Source: Pirellulales bacterium
Lineage (GTDB): Bacteria; Planctomycetota; Planctomycetia; Pirellulales; JAICIG01
NCBI GenBank assembly: GCA_040901675.1
Contig: JBBDYJ010000032.1
Span: forward strand, 151,807 to 215,806
Direction of reading: 5' to 3'
DNA length: 64,000 bases
Part shown: positions 54,052-64,000 of the stretch, one piece after another
Position numbering within the stretch: the stretch's first letter is position 1
How the letters are laid out: each line of letters starts with the position of its first letter
The notes under the pieces: model-generated
What the model was told of the DNA's origin: nothing
The model's database searches: none
Seen by the model: the letters and a program-made list of their open reading frames with translations, nothing else
Translations under genes and position numbers: made by a program

Positions 54052-55521
54052 TTAAGCGAGCAGGGCCTCGACGACTTCGCCGTGGACGTCGGTGAGGCGG
54101 AAGTCGCGGCCGGCGTGACGGTAGGTGAGACGCGTGTGGTCGAAACCCAGGAGGTGCAGGATGGTGGCCTGCAGGTCGTGGACGTGGACGGGGTTGTCCA
54201 CCGCCTTAAAACCGAACTCGTCGGTGGCACCGTAGACTTGGCCGCCCTTCACCCCGCCGCCGGCTAGCCAGACGGTGAAGCCGTAGTGGTTGTGGTCGCG
54301 GCCGTTCACCTTGCCGGCGTTGGCCCCCGGCTGCGGCAGCTCGACCGTGGGCGTGCGGCCGAACTCGCCTCCCCAGATGACCAGAGTCTCGTCGAGCATC
54401 CCGCGTTGTTTCAGGTCCTTCAACAAGGCCCCGATCGCCTGGTCGCACTGGCCGGCCAGCCGGCGGTGGTTCTCCTCGATGTCGTCGTGGTTGTCCCAGG
54501 GCTGGCCCTCGCCATGCCAGAGCTGCACGTAACGCACGCCGCGCTCGACCAGCCGCCGGGCAATCAGGATCTGCCGTGCCTGCACGCCGGGGCCGTACAT
54601 GTCGAGAATGTGCCTAGGCTCGCGGCTGACGTCGAAGGCCTCGGCGGCCTCGGTCTGCATGCGATAGGCCAGCTCGAAGGCGTGGATGCGGGCCTCGAGG
54701 GCGGCGTCGGCGCCGCGCTGGTCGAGGTGGCGGCGGTTGAGCTGGGCCAGCAGGTCGAGTTGCCGCCGCTGGTCGCCAGGGGAGACCTGGTCGTTTCGGA
54801 TGTTCTGGATCAGCTTTTCCAGGTCGGTGTGGCGGGTGTCGATGTACGTGCCCTGGTACACGCCGGGCAGGAAGGCCGACTGCCAGTTCTCGGTTTCCTT
54901 GATCGGGTAGCCGCCGGGGCACATGGCGATGAACCCAGGCAGGTTCTGGTTCTCGGTGCCCAGGCCGAACGTGACCCACGAACCCATGCTGGGACGCACC
55001 AGCCGCGACTCGCCGCAGTTCATCAACATCAGCGACGGCTCGTGATTGGGCACGTCGGCGTGCATCGAGCGGACCAGGGCGATCTCGTCGATCGACTCGG
55101 CCACGCGCGGGAAGATCTCGCTGACTTCAATACCGCTCTGGCCATACCGCTGGAACTTGAACGGGGAGGGAAAGGCGGCCCCGGTCCTGCGCTCGGTGCG
55201 GAGGTTCTCCATGGGCAGGTTCTGGCCGGCATACTTCTCCAGCGCCGGCTTGGGATCGAAGGTGTCCAGGTGGCTGGGCCCGCCGTTCATGAACAGGTGG
55301 ATGACGTGCTTGGCCCGGCCTGGGAAATGCGGCTGCTTGGGAGCCATCGGATTGGCATAGCCATCGTCCGCCCGGGCGCTTGGCAGCATGCCGTCGGCGG
55401 AGAGCACCGAGGCCAGTCCCGCCAGTCCCAGGCCCATCCCCGAGCGTGACAGCCACTCGCGCCGCGACAACCCGCCAGGCTGGCAGCCCCGCACGATTGA
55501 ATCATTCCGGCAATTGGTCAT
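54052..55521 (-). CDS. DUF1501 family protein
   Basis: SRREWL; FMNGGPSHLDTFDPKP; WDNH; GEFGRTP; GRDHN; RDFRLTDVHG. Confidence 0.92.
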   Translation of the reverse strand: MTNCRNDSIVRGCQPGGLSRREWLSRSGMGLGLAGLASVLSADGMLPSARADDGYANPMAPKQPHFPGRAKHVIHLFMNGGPSHLDTFDPKPALEKYAGQNLPMENLRTERRTGAAFPSPFKFQRYGQSGIEVSEIFPRVAESIDEIALVRSMHADVPNHEPSLMLMNCGESRLVRPSMGSWVTFGLGTENQNLPGFIAMCPGGYPIKETENWQSAFLPGVYQGTYIDTRHTDLEKLIQNIRNDQVSPGDQRRQLDLLAQLNRRHLDQRGADAALEARIHAFELAYRMQTEAAEAFDVSREPRHILDMYGPGVQARQILIARRLVERGVRYVQLWHGEGQPWDNHDDIEENHRRLAGQCDQAIGALLKDLKQRGMLDETLVIWGGEFGRTPTVELPQPGANAGKVNGRDHNHYGFTVWLAGGGVKGGQVYGATDEFGFKAVDNPVHVHDLQATILHLLGFDHTRLTYRHAGRDFRLTDVHGEVVEALLA

Positions 55522-55528
55522 GTCGTCT

Positions 55529-58357
55529 TCAATCCACAAAGATGAACTCGTTGGTCGATAAGAGCACCTGGGCGAGCATCTCCCAAGGGTCCAACTTCGT
55601 GGTACCGTCTTGCGGTTGCTCGGCCACAAAGCGCAATGCCAGTTCCACTTCCGGCGGCTCGGCGGGCCGGGCCAGCGCCAAGCGATAGAGAGCCTGCACG
55701 CGATGCTCGGGATCGGATTGGCCGGCCACTTCCTGGCGGGCGGCCATGGCGCGGACTTGCTCCAGCACAAAGGGCGAATTCATGGCGAACAACGCCTGCT
55801 GCGGCACGGTGGTCCGAGGCCGCTCGTCGTTGGAAACATCGGGGTTGGCGAAGTCGAAATTGCGTAGGATGCCGGGAAGGTCCTGCCGATCGATGAAGGC
55901 ATAGATCGTGCGGCGAGGCGAGAAGGGGCGGGCCCAAAGGTCGACGGGCCTGCCTCCCATCGCCGGATCGAGCCGGTCCGCCGCGGCCAGGTAGGAGTCG
56001 CGGATGGGCTCGAACTCCAATCGCCGGCGGTTCATCCGCCATAGCAGGCGGTTTTCAGGATCGACGGCGGCCGCCTCCGCCCGCTCGCTGCTGGCCTGCT
56101 GATACGTGCTCGACAGCATGATCAGCCGGTGCAGCTTTTTCAGCGACCAGCCTTGCTCGACAAACGTGGCGGCCAGATAGTCGAGCAACTCCGGATGTGT
56201 CGGCGGTTCGCTCCGCAGGCCGAAATCGCTGGCGGTTTCGACCAGCGGCTCGCCGAAATGGTGCAGCCAGACGCGGTTCACCAGCACCCGCGCCGTGAGC
56301 GGGTTTTCGGGACTGGCGATCGCCCGGGCCAACTCCAGCCGCCCGCTGCCTTGCTGGAAGGGCCGGCGATCCGCTGGCGAGAGTACGGCCAGGAACTGCC
56401 GGGGCACCGTCTCGCCGGGCCGCCCCGCGTTGCCGCGGATGAAGACCTGCGGATCGGTCGGCGACGGTGCATCGACCAGCGCCATGGCCCGCGGTGGAGC
56501 GGCGGGCGAATCGACCTTGAGCTCTTCGACTTTGCGACGCAGCGCGGTCAACTGGTCTCTTACATCGCGTGCAAAGAGCCGCTGGGCCCGCTCGACCGGG
56601 ACGACCGCCGGCGAACCACGTCCGTACAACACCTGGCGAAGCTCCTCGGCCGCCGGGTCTTCCAGGCGGTCCACGGCGGCGCCTGACGCCGAGGCTTGCT
56701 CCAATGCTTCGTCCCACATCCGGTCGACGCGTGCCAACAGTTCGCCGTAGAGGCGGGCCACGTCGAGCATCGACGGGGGAGGCTGGCCGGCCAGCGCCTC
56801 GGCCACCAGGCGGTTGGTTTCCATGGCAGCGGCCTTAGCCGGCAAACCGGCTGCGATTTGCGATGCCTTCGCGGCAAACTCATCAGGCTCCAGCGCGGCA
56901 AAGGCGTGCCACGGTCCGAAGACGGCGGGCCGGTCCGCCGCGCTTTGTTCGATAAACTCGCGCCACCGCCGGACGAGCTGCGGGCGCAGCTCGCCGGGGC
57001 CGAGCGAGAGCATCGCTTCGTCGCCGGCGGCCTGGGGCGTTTGTTCTCGGGCCACCTGCAGCAGGTAGTCGCCGGCGCGGGCCCGCAACTCTCGCCGCAA
57101 CTGGCGGTACTTCACGTCGCGAAACTCGGTAAAGGCCCGCTCGCGCTCGTTGAGCTCCCGCTCGTACTGGGCGTAGGCTTCGCTGTTCTCGGCCTGGCCG
57201 ATCAACGGTTCGGTGTCCGGCTCGACCGAGCTGGCAAACACGCCATACAGCGAATAGTAGTCGGCCGTCGGGACCGGGTCGAACTTATGGTCGTGGCAGC
57301 GGGCGCACGAGACGGTCAATCCCATCAGTCCGCGGCTCACCACGTCGATCCGGTCGTCGATGATGTCCTGAGTGTTGAACATGAACCGCCGGCCCAGCGT
57401 CAGGAAACCCATCGCGGCCAGGGCGCGGTTATCCTCTCCCAGGTCCAACTGGTCGGCGGCCAACTGCTCGAGGATGAAACGGTCCCAGGGCAAATCTTCG
57501 TTGAACGCTCGGACCACGTAATCGCGATACGTGTAAGAGAACGGGTACCGCCGCTCCTGGGTGAACACGTAGCCTTTGGTGTCGGCATAGCGGGCCACGT
57601 CAAGCCAATGGCGGCCCCAGCGCTCGCCATACTGGGGCGAGGCGAGCAGCCGATCGACCGCACGCTCGAACGCATCAGGAGTCTTGTCGTTGAGAAAGGC
57701 CTGCACCTGGTCGTAGCTGGGCGGCAGGCCGACCACGTCGAACGTGGCCCGCCGCAGCAGCGTCCGGCGGTCGGCCGGAGGCGAGGGTGTCAGGTCCTGC
57801 GCTTCGAGGCGGGCCAACACGAAGGCGTCGATGGGGTTGGCACACCAGCCGGCGTCTTTCACGCTCGGCGGCTCTCGGGCGGCCACGGGCCGGAACGCCC
57901 AATGTTCCGCGCGGGCCCTTGCCATCCGCTCGTCCATGGTCTCGACGTGAGCGGCCGAACCGGCCGGCCAGGGCGCCCCCATGTCGACCCAGGCCACCAG
58001 CGCGGCCACTTCCTCGTCCGACAGCTTGCCATCGGGGGGCATTTGCACATCGGTCTGGTAGCGCACCACCTCGATCAGGCGGCTTTGGCCCGGATCGCCG
58101 GGCACGATCACCGGGTCGCCGGCTCGTTCAATTGCCATCGGCGGCGCATCGAGCCGCAGGCCGGCCTCCTGCACGTCGCTCCCATGGCACTCCTGGCAGC
58201 GGTTGGCGAACAGGGGGCGGACCTTGCTTTCGAAGAACTCCGCCTGCTGGGCGCTAACGGGCCGGGGCGTTTCATCGGCGGCGGCTTGGCGCACGAGGCC
58301 CGCGAGACCGCCGAAGACGGCGAGAGCAACGAACGGGAACCGGCGGTGCATGTTCAT
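55529..58357 (-). CDS. Planctomycete cytochrome c + DUF1549/DUF1553 (PSD1) protein
   Basis: CQECH, HWAF, YGERWGRHWLDVARY, CARCHDHK, NPLTARVLVNRVW, PTHPELLD. Confidence 0.92.
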   Translation of the reverse strand: MNMHRRFPFVALAVFGGLAGLVRQAAADETPRPVSAQQAEFFESKVRPLFANRCQECHGSDVQEAGLRLDAPPMAIERAGDPVIVPGDPGQSRLIEVVRYQTDVQMPPDGKLSDEEVAALVAWVDMGAPWPAGSAAHVETMDERMARARAEHWAFRPVAAREPPSVKDAGWCANPIDAFVLARLEAQDLTPSPPADRRTLLRRATFDVVGLPPSYDQVQAFLNDKTPDAFERAVDRLLASPQYGERWGRHWLDVARYADTKGYVFTQERRYPFSYTYRDYVVRAFNEDLPWDRFILEQLAADQLDLGEDNRALAAMGFLTLGRRFMFNTQDIIDDRIDVVSRGLMGLTVSCARCHDHKFDPVPTADYYSLYGVFASSVEPDTEPLIGQAENSEAYAQYERELNERERAFTEFRDVKYRQLRRELRARAGDYLLQVAREQTPQAAGDEAMLSLGPGELRPQLVRRWREFIEQSAADRPAVFGPWHAFAALEPDEFAAKASQIAAGLPAKAAAMETNRLVAEALAGQPPPSMLDVARLYGELLARVDRMWDEALEQASASGAAVDRLEDPAAEELRQVLYGRGSPAVVPVERAQRLFARDVRDQLTALRRKVEELKVDSPAAPPRAMALVDAPSPTDPQVFIRGNAGRPGETVPRQFLAVLSPADRRPFQQGSGRLELARAIASPENPLTARVLVNRVWLHHFGEPLVETASDFGLRSEPPTHPELLDYLAATFVEQGWSLKKLHRLIMLSSTYQQASSERAEAAAVDPENRLLWRMNRRRLEFEPIRDSYLAAADRLDPAMGGRPVDLWARPFSPRRTIYAFIDRQDLPGILRNFDFANPDVSNDERPRTTVPQQALFAMNSPFVLEQVRAMAARQEVAGQSDPEHRVQALYRLALARPAEPPEVELALRFVAEQPQDGTTKLDPWEMLAQVLLSTNEFIFVD

Positions 58358-58572
58358 GGCAACGCGGCCGTGCGGGCTGGACATTTGCGCCCATCCTTCG
58401 TGTCGGATTTCTCTGGCTGCGGTTATTGACCAAAACACGGTCGGAAGCCTTTGCTTCCCGACCAAAGCCAGTTGCGGCGGCGGGCGGTATTGGCGGGTGC
58501 GGGGACTGGTCCCGCGGGTATTATACCCCAATTGAGGCGAACCGGTCAAAGGGGCCTGAAGGAGCAATCCCT

Positions 58573-61569
58573 TCAGCGACTCGACGAAGGCGCCGTCCGG
58601 GCCGGCAAAGGGACCTGGCCGTCGAGATAACGCCAGTTCTTGATGAACGAGATCAGGTCGGCCATCTCGCGGGGCGTGATGTTGCGATCCAGGCCTTCGG
58701 GCATCAGCGAGACGCCGCTGGACTGCATTTCATCGATGTCGGCGCGCAACAGCGGCACGAGCTTGCCCTCGGGCTCTTGGAGGGTCACCGAGCTGGCGGT
58801 TTCCGAGACGATGATTCCTCTCAGCGAGTTGCCATGGATGGTCGTAATCGAATAGGCAACGTAATCGTTGTCGATGGCACGGCTCGGCTCGAGGATGTCC
58901 AGCAGAAGCTGCTCGGGAGTCTTGGTCCGCGCGTCGGCCACACTGGGTCCAACGTCCACGCCGATCGAGCCGATCTTGTGGCAGGTGCTGCAATTCTTGC
59001 GGAAGACCTCCACACCTTGCCGAGGGTCGGACTGGGCCTGGAGCGCCGAGCGGTAGCGCGACAAAATCTCGGCGCGCTGGGCGGGTGCCGGCGCGGCTAG
59101 CAGTTCCGCGGCGCGCTGCCGGATGGTGGGCTCGCGATGCTCGAGCAGTCTTCCGGCGTGCAACGGATCGATCTCGGCGGGTCGGAGACGGCCCGCGGCG
59201 AGCTCGTTGAGGATCAAGGCGGCGCCGGGCGGATCGGCCAGCAGCGCTTCGAGCATGGCCCGCCGCGCGGCAGGCGTCCGGCGAGGCAGGTTCGACACCA
59301 GGACTTCGCGGACGCTGTCGTGGCGATGAACGGACAAGGCACGGATGGCCGCCAACTCCAGCTCGGAATCGGTGGGACCTTCGACCAGTGCGATCAATAC
59401 CGGGGCCGCCAGATCGAAGCCGGCGTGTGACACGAGGGCCACCGCTTGCCGGCGTGCGGCCGGCGCGGCATCGGCGTCTTGGGCGACGGACGCGGCCTGG
59501 GAAAAGATTCGACTCAGATGCTGCTCGACGACGTCGTGGCCCTGAGCCTGGCCCACGATGGTTTGCAGACTGCCGCCGCGATTGCGCAGGGCATCTGCGA
59601 CGCCGGCCAGGGCCGTCAACCGCAAGCGGTCGCCGTTCGAACCGGAAGGCAAGCCGGCCGCCAGCCGCAACAGGTCGCCGATCTCGTCCGGCTCGCGCCG
59701 CGCGCCGACCAGGCGCGCCAGTTGAGCAACGAGGGCCAGCTCACCCTCGCCGGCCGCCATGTTTCTGGCTGCCAGGCGGTCCAGGATCGTCTTCAACAAC
59801 ATGCCGGCTCGATCGGCGGAGGCGGCCACGGCCAGCCGCGTCCACGGGTCGCCGGCGCCGGCCAGGCCGACCGCGGCCAGCGGCTCGACCAGGTCGTCAG
59901 CCTGTGACAGGCCCAGGCTCAACGCCACCTGGAACCGCAGCCGCGGATCGTCATCGCTCGCCAGGTCCAGGACCGCGGCCCGCAGCCGCGGCGAGCGGCC
60001 CAGCCGCGCCTCGCTCAGGACCACTGCCTGTTCGCGGACGCGCGGATGCCGATCGGCGATTGCCACCGCCAGGAGGCCGTCGGACAGGCAGTCGAGACCC
60101 TCCAAGGCCCACAATGCGTGCGCTCTTGCTCGCGCGTCGGCGGCCGTGCGTAGCAGGCGTTCCAGGGGGCCTCGTGCGCCACGGTCCTGGCGCTGGTACA
60201 AGAGCCGGGCGGCAGTCTCTCGCCACCAGGCATTCGGATGTTCGAGCAGAACGACCAGCTCGCCGGTCGAGGCGGCCGACAAGCGTGGCGGAGCGGGCGG
60301 TCCGCTCGGTTCGCTGGGCGGCCCGGCAACGATGCGATAGATCCGGCCGCGATCCGTTCCCCAGTGCAGGTCGGGACGCTCTTTCAGCTCGTCCGGCACG
60401 AACTCGGGGTGCTCGATGACCGCCCGATACATGTCCACGACATACAGCGCGCCGTCGGGGCCTGTCTCGATGTTCACCGGCCTGAACCAGGTATCGGGGG
60501 ATGCCAGGAACTCCGCACCCTCGTAGGCCGGCTTGCCAGTGAACGTCGCTCCGGCCGGCTCGATGATCTCGCGGTGAACCAGGTTGCCGGTCGGCTCACA
60601 CGTGAAGGCATTGCCCGCAAACTCGGCGGGCAGTGCATTGCCCCGGTAGATGCTGACACCGCAGGCCGCGGTGAACTGCCCGGCGTGCAGGATCGACGTG
60701 GTCCAGGCCTGGCTGAGCGGGAAGACGCGCGAGGCCTCGCCGGCGGCCGCCACGTCGGAGGCCACTGCCGGCACGGCCAGCAGCGGATTGCGAGCCAGGT
60801 AGTGGTCGGCCAGGACCACGTGCATCAGCGGGTTGCGGTTCGAGCAGTTGAAGCGGTTGCCGAAATCGTCGAACGTGAGACCAAACTGCCCATGCCCGGA
60901 GACCGCCTGGCAGCGGCCGCCGATCGGATCGAAGCGGAAATCGCGGCCGCTGATGGGCAGCGGTTGCGCATCCGGGCGCCGCTTGTCGGTCACGCTGCCG
61001 CCGCGCAGCCCGTTGGCCACGTAGACATGGTTGTCCAGCGCGAAGCGCGGATGGTTGACCCGCAGTTGGGGATTGTCTTCGGCAAACCCGCGGTACCAGG
61101 TTTCGGCGAGGTCGGCCCGGCCGTCGCCATCGGTGTCGGCCAGGTAAGCGATCTTGCCGGACAGCGTGACGATGGCCCCCTGCCGCCAGGGCTGCACACC
61201 ATTGGCGAAGAGCAAGCCCTCGGCAAAGACCCGCGAGGTTTCATAGCGGCCATCCCGGTCGCGGTCTTCGAGGATGCGGACCCGCGATCGAGGCGCTTCG
61301 CCGGGCGGCGGCCCGTTTGGATAGTCGCCCATCTCGACGACCCACAGCCGGCCATCTTCGTCGAAGCGGATCGCCACCGGATCGATCACCTCCGGTTCGG
61401 CGGCCACCAGCTCGATCCGCAGCCCCTCGGGCAGACGGAAGTGTGCGAGCGATTCTTCGGCAGCCAGCGGGCCGGCAACCGCGGAGGCTTGCGGTTCTTC
61501 GGCCCGGGCGAGCTGGCAGATAGACAAGCAAACTGCCGCGAGCCACGGAGCCAATCGCGAGTGTGGCAT
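58573..61569 (-). CDS. PVC-type heme-binding CxxCH protein (beta-propeller, HEAT repeats, cytochrome c)
   Basis: LVAAEPEVIDPV, WFRPV...GPDGALYVVDMYR, CSTCH, SLMPEGL. Confidence 0.9.
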   Translation of the reverse strand: MPHSRLAPWLAAVCLSICQLARAEEPQASAVAGPLAAEESLAHFRLPEGLRIELVAAEPEVIDPVAIRFDEDGRLWVVEMGDYPNGPPPGEAPRSRVRILEDRDRDGRYETSRVFAEGLLFANGVQPWRQGAIVTLSGKIAYLADTDGDGRADLAETWYRGFAEDNPQLRVNHPRFALDNHVYVANGLRGGSVTDKRRPDAQPLPISGRDFRFDPIGGRCQAVSGHGQFGLTFDDFGNRFNCSNRNPLMHVVLADHYLARNPLLAVPAVASDVAAAGEASRVFPLSQAWTTSILHAGQFTAACGVSIYRGNALPAEFAGNAFTCEPTGNLVHREIIEPAGATFTGKPAYEGAEFLASPDTWFRPVNIETGPDGALYVVDMYRAVIEHPEFVPDELKERPDLHWGTDRGRIYRIVAGPPSEPSGPPAPPRLSAASTGELVVLLEHPNAWWRETAARLLYQRQDRGARGPLERLLRTAADARARAHALWALEGLDCLSDGLLAVAIADRHPRVREQAVVLSEARLGRSPRLRAAVLDLASDDDPRLRFQVALSLGLSQADDLVEPLAAVGLAGAGDPWTRLAVAASADRAGMLLKTILDRLAARNMAAGEGELALVAQLARLVGARREPDEIGDLLRLAAGLPSGSNGDRLRLTALAGVADALRNRGGSLQTIVGQAQGHDVVEQHLSRIFSQAASVAQDADAAPAARRQAVALVSHAGFDLAAPVLIALVEGPTDSELELAAIRALSVHRHDSVREVLVSNLPRRTPAARRAMLEALLADPPGAALILNELAAGRLRPAEIDPLHAGRLLEHREPTIRQRAAELLAAPAPAQRAEILSRYRSALQAQSDPRQGVEVFRKNCSTCHKIGSIGVDVGPSVADARTKTPEQLLLDILEPSRAIDNDYVAYSITTIHGNSLRGIIVSETASSVTLQEPEGKLVPLLRADIDEMQSSGVSLMPEGLDRNITPREMADLISFIKNWRYLDGQVPLPARTAPSSSR

Positions 61570-61621
61570 GCCTCTGGGCCCTGTTTATCGTGCAGACCTG
61601 CTTATCGTGGCACGGTTTCCG

Positions 61622-63103
61622 TCAGGTTAAGCCGGCAATCGGCTCGCCATGATAGATGGGGTGCGGGCGGTCGAGCGCATCGTGCCAGACGGCCACCGAA
61701 GGAATGCCCAGGGCGTGATAAATCGTGGCCGCCATGTTCTCCGGCGTCTCGGGCTGCGAGGCGGGAAATGCGCCGATCTTGTCGGAGGCACCGATCACGG
61801 TGCCGCCGCGCACGCCGCCGCCGGCAAAGAACACGGTCTGCACCGCTCCCCAATGATCGCGGCCCGGCAGCTTGTAGTGCTCCGGCAGCGTGGAGATCTT
61901 GGGCGTGCGGCCGAACTCGCCCGCCATGACGATCAGCGTCGAGTCGAGCAAGCCACGTTCCTCGAGGTCATCGAGCAGCGCCGAGAGGGCCCGATCGGTC
62001 GGGGGGAACAAGTAGTCCTTCAGGTGCGGGAAGGCGTTGCCGTGGGTGTCCCAGGTTTCATTGTTGCCCAGGTTGACCTGGACCAGCGTCACGCCGGCTT
62101 CGACGAGCTGCCGTGCCATCAACAGCGACCAGCCGAACAAGTTGCGGCCGTAGCGGTCGAGCACGGCCGGATCGGCGTTGGTGACGTCGAAGGCGCGCTG
62201 GGTGTTGGGATCGGCCAACAGCGAGATGGCGTTCTGGCGATGCCGATCGAACGGCTCTTGCTCCGCCGCCCTCTCCAGTGCCCGGCGCTGGCGATCGACA
62301 TGTTCCAGCAGGTCGAGCCGCCGGCCGAATCGCTCGCCGCCCAGCCCTTCGGGCAGCGTGAGGTTGGGAGCCTGATAGTTGTAGCCGGGCGGATTGTCGG
62401 CTCCGTGGGCGTGATGGAATCCGTACTCCGGATAGGCCCCGTAATGCTTGGGATGAAAGGCCGAAGCTTCGACGAACCATGGATCGCGGTTGGCACCCAT
62501 CTGGCCGGCGAACTGCCCGGGGATGACGCGCCGGGTGTTGTGGATCAATCGTTCCGGCAAGACGACCGCCGGCGGCAGGTTATGGCGGCTCTGGCCGACT
62601 CCCGGCAGCACCGCGGAGGCATCAGCCACCACGGAGGCGATGGCCGGCCAATCGGTCGACTTGGGCTGGAGGGCATCGAACAAGGGCGGCGGAGTCGACC
62701 GCCCGGTGAGCATGTAGAGGTGGCCAAGCGAATGATCGTTCGTGCGATGGGTGAGCGATCGGACCAGGGCCCACAGGTGGCTGCGCTGGGCCAACAGCGG
62801 CAGATGCTCGCAGATGTCGATGCCAGCGGTCCGAGTGGCTATCGGCCGGAATTCGCCGCGGATCGAGTCGGGCGCAGCGGGCTTGAGATCGAAGCTGTCG
62901 TGCTGGGCCAGGCCGCCGGACAGAAAGACGTAGATGACCGACTTCGCTGCCGGCCGGCGAGGCGGGACCTGCTGGGCGACCGCCTGACGAAGCGGCTCGA
63001 TGTGGTTCATGCCCAGGCCGAGCAAGCCGATGGCGCCGGCCTGGATGGCCGAGCGGCGGTTGAGGCGAGGATGTTCGTAACGACGCGTGGCACGGCGGGG
63101 CAT
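61622..63103 (-). CDS. DUF1501 family protein
   Basis: NRRSAI; GGLAQHDSFDLKP; WDTHGN; GEFGRTP; GRDHW. Confidence 0.9.
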   Translation of the reverse strand: MPRRATRRYEHPRLNRRSAIQAGAIGLLGLGMNHIEPLRQAVAQQVPPRRPAAKSVIYVFLSGGLAQHDSFDLKPAAPDSIRGEFRPIATRTAGIDICEHLPLLAQRSHLWALVRSLTHRTNDHSLGHLYMLTGRSTPPPLFDALQPKSTDWPAIASVVADASAVLPGVGQSRHNLPPAVVLPERLIHNTRRVIPGQFAGQMGANRDPWFVEASAFHPKHYGAYPEYGFHHAHGADNPPGYNYQAPNLTLPEGLGGERFGRRLDLLEHVDRQRRALERAAEQEPFDRHRQNAISLLADPNTQRAFDVTNADPAVLDRYGRNLFGWSLLMARQLVEAGVTLVQVNLGNNETWDTHGNAFPHLKDYLFPPTDRALSALLDDLEERGLLDSTLIVMAGEFGRTPKISTLPEHYKLPGRDHWGAVQTVFFAGGGVRGGTVIGASDKIGAFPASQPETPENMAATIYHALGIPSVAVWHDALDRPHPIYHGEPIAGLT

Positions 63104-63149
63104 GTGCTACACCTCGATGCCGAGAACCATCGCCCCGAAAGCACTGCTC

Positions 63150-64000
63150 TCAACGCATCGACTTGATGACCATCTTGCCTCCCTCGGAGACAACGATGAA
63201 CTGAACTTTCTTCTTACTGGTCTTGTTTTCCATCACGACGATGTGTTGATTGCCGACCTTCTTGGGCTGGCCTTGTTTCTGGGCGTCGGTCAGGTCGGCC
63301 TTGAGCCGTTCGAGTTGCGACTCCGACAGCTTGCCTTCGCGCAACTGTTTCAGTTTGCCGGTTGCCTTGGTGCTGATGAACTCGGAGAGGTCGCCGGGCT
63401 CACCTGCCAGGATCTTGCTTACGACCTGCTGAACGGGGTATTCGGGCGAGTTGGGATCGTTGGCAAGGCCTCCGCCGGCGCCGCCGGGCCCCATGCCGGG
63501 AGGCATACCCGGTTCCCCCGCACCTGCTCGGCCTTCCATACCGGGTCCCCCCGCACCGCCCGCGCCTGCTCGGCCTTCCCTTCCGGGCGGCATACCCGGT
63601 GCTCCACCTGCTCGGCCTTCCATTCCGGGCGGCATACCCGGTGCTCCACCCGCTCTGCCTTCCATTCCGGGCGGCATTCCCGGTGCTCCACCCGCTCTGC
63701 CTTCCATTCCGGGCGGCATTCCCGGTCCACCGGCCCCGGCTGCTCCACCCGCATCCGGTGTCCCCCCTCCACTCGGTGGACCCATGCCCGGGGGCACTCC
63801 CGCTCCACCGCCTGTTGCTCCGGCTCCACCTGGAGGCTGCATGCCACCGCCGCGCATGCCGCCCATGCCACCGCCGGCCATGCCGGCCCTGTCACCCATG
63901 CCGGCCATGCCACCGCCGCGCATGCCCTCCATGCCACCCATGCCACCCATGCCACCGCCGGCCATGCCGGCCCTGTCACCCATGCCGGCCATGCCACCGC
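63150..64000 (-). CDS. Gly/Met/Pro-rich repetitive protein, 5' end outside the window
   Basis: Tandem PGMPPGMEGRAGGA and GMAGMGDRAGMAGGG repeats, then a globular C-terminal domain of about 95 aa. Confidence 0.7.
   Translation of the reverse strand, partial: GGMAGMGDRAGMAGGGMGGMGGMEGMRGGGMAGMGDRAGMAGGGMGGMRGGGMQPPGGAGATGGGAGVPPGMGPPSGGGTPDAGGAAGAGGPGMPPGMEGRAGGAPGMPPGMEGRAGGAPGMPPGMEGRAGGAPGMPPGREGRAGAGGAGGPGMEGRAGAGEPGMPPGMGPGGAGGGLANDPNSPEYPVQQVVSKILAGEPGDLSEFISTKATGKLKQLREGKLSESQLERLKADLTDAQKQGQPKKVGNQHIVVMENKTSKKKVQFIVVSEGGKMVIKSMR

Overview
High-GC window that looks like a planctomycete chromosome (Pirellulales-like; inferred from DUF1501, PSD1/cytochrome c and PVC heme proteins and a PV-type microcompartment locus). 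Most of it is housekeeping genes: dusB, queG, maf, an rluA-type synthase, clpB, dnaK, pheA, a DAHP synthase, tpiA, secG, yicC, gmk, rpoZ, split coaC/coaB, argC, argJ, PNP, ileS and purN. It also carries a complete Planctomycetes/Verrucomicrobia-type bacterial microcompartment operon (about 37.9-48.3 kb) and a DUF1501/cytochrome cluster (51-63 kb). Less ordinary signals: (1) a decayed 2.3 kb island at the 3' end of tRNA-Ser(TGA), with an att duplication, a 5'-truncated HipA-like kinase and an intact HipS-like/HIRAN gene; (2) several families of REP-like palindromes, mostly GTAG-tailed, that supply the stop codons of seven genes and sit in-frame inside a GNAT gene; (3) a sigma-54-type promoter with two upstream palindromes in front of dnaK-clpB; (4) a candidate 110-nt sRNA after argJ; (5) extras in the BMC operon (a DUF6584-like insert, a second aldolase-like TIM barrel, a dehydrogenase with the MDH-type Arg); (6) an NTase-HD fusion protein. 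All family calls come from recognising motifs by eye; no searches were run.
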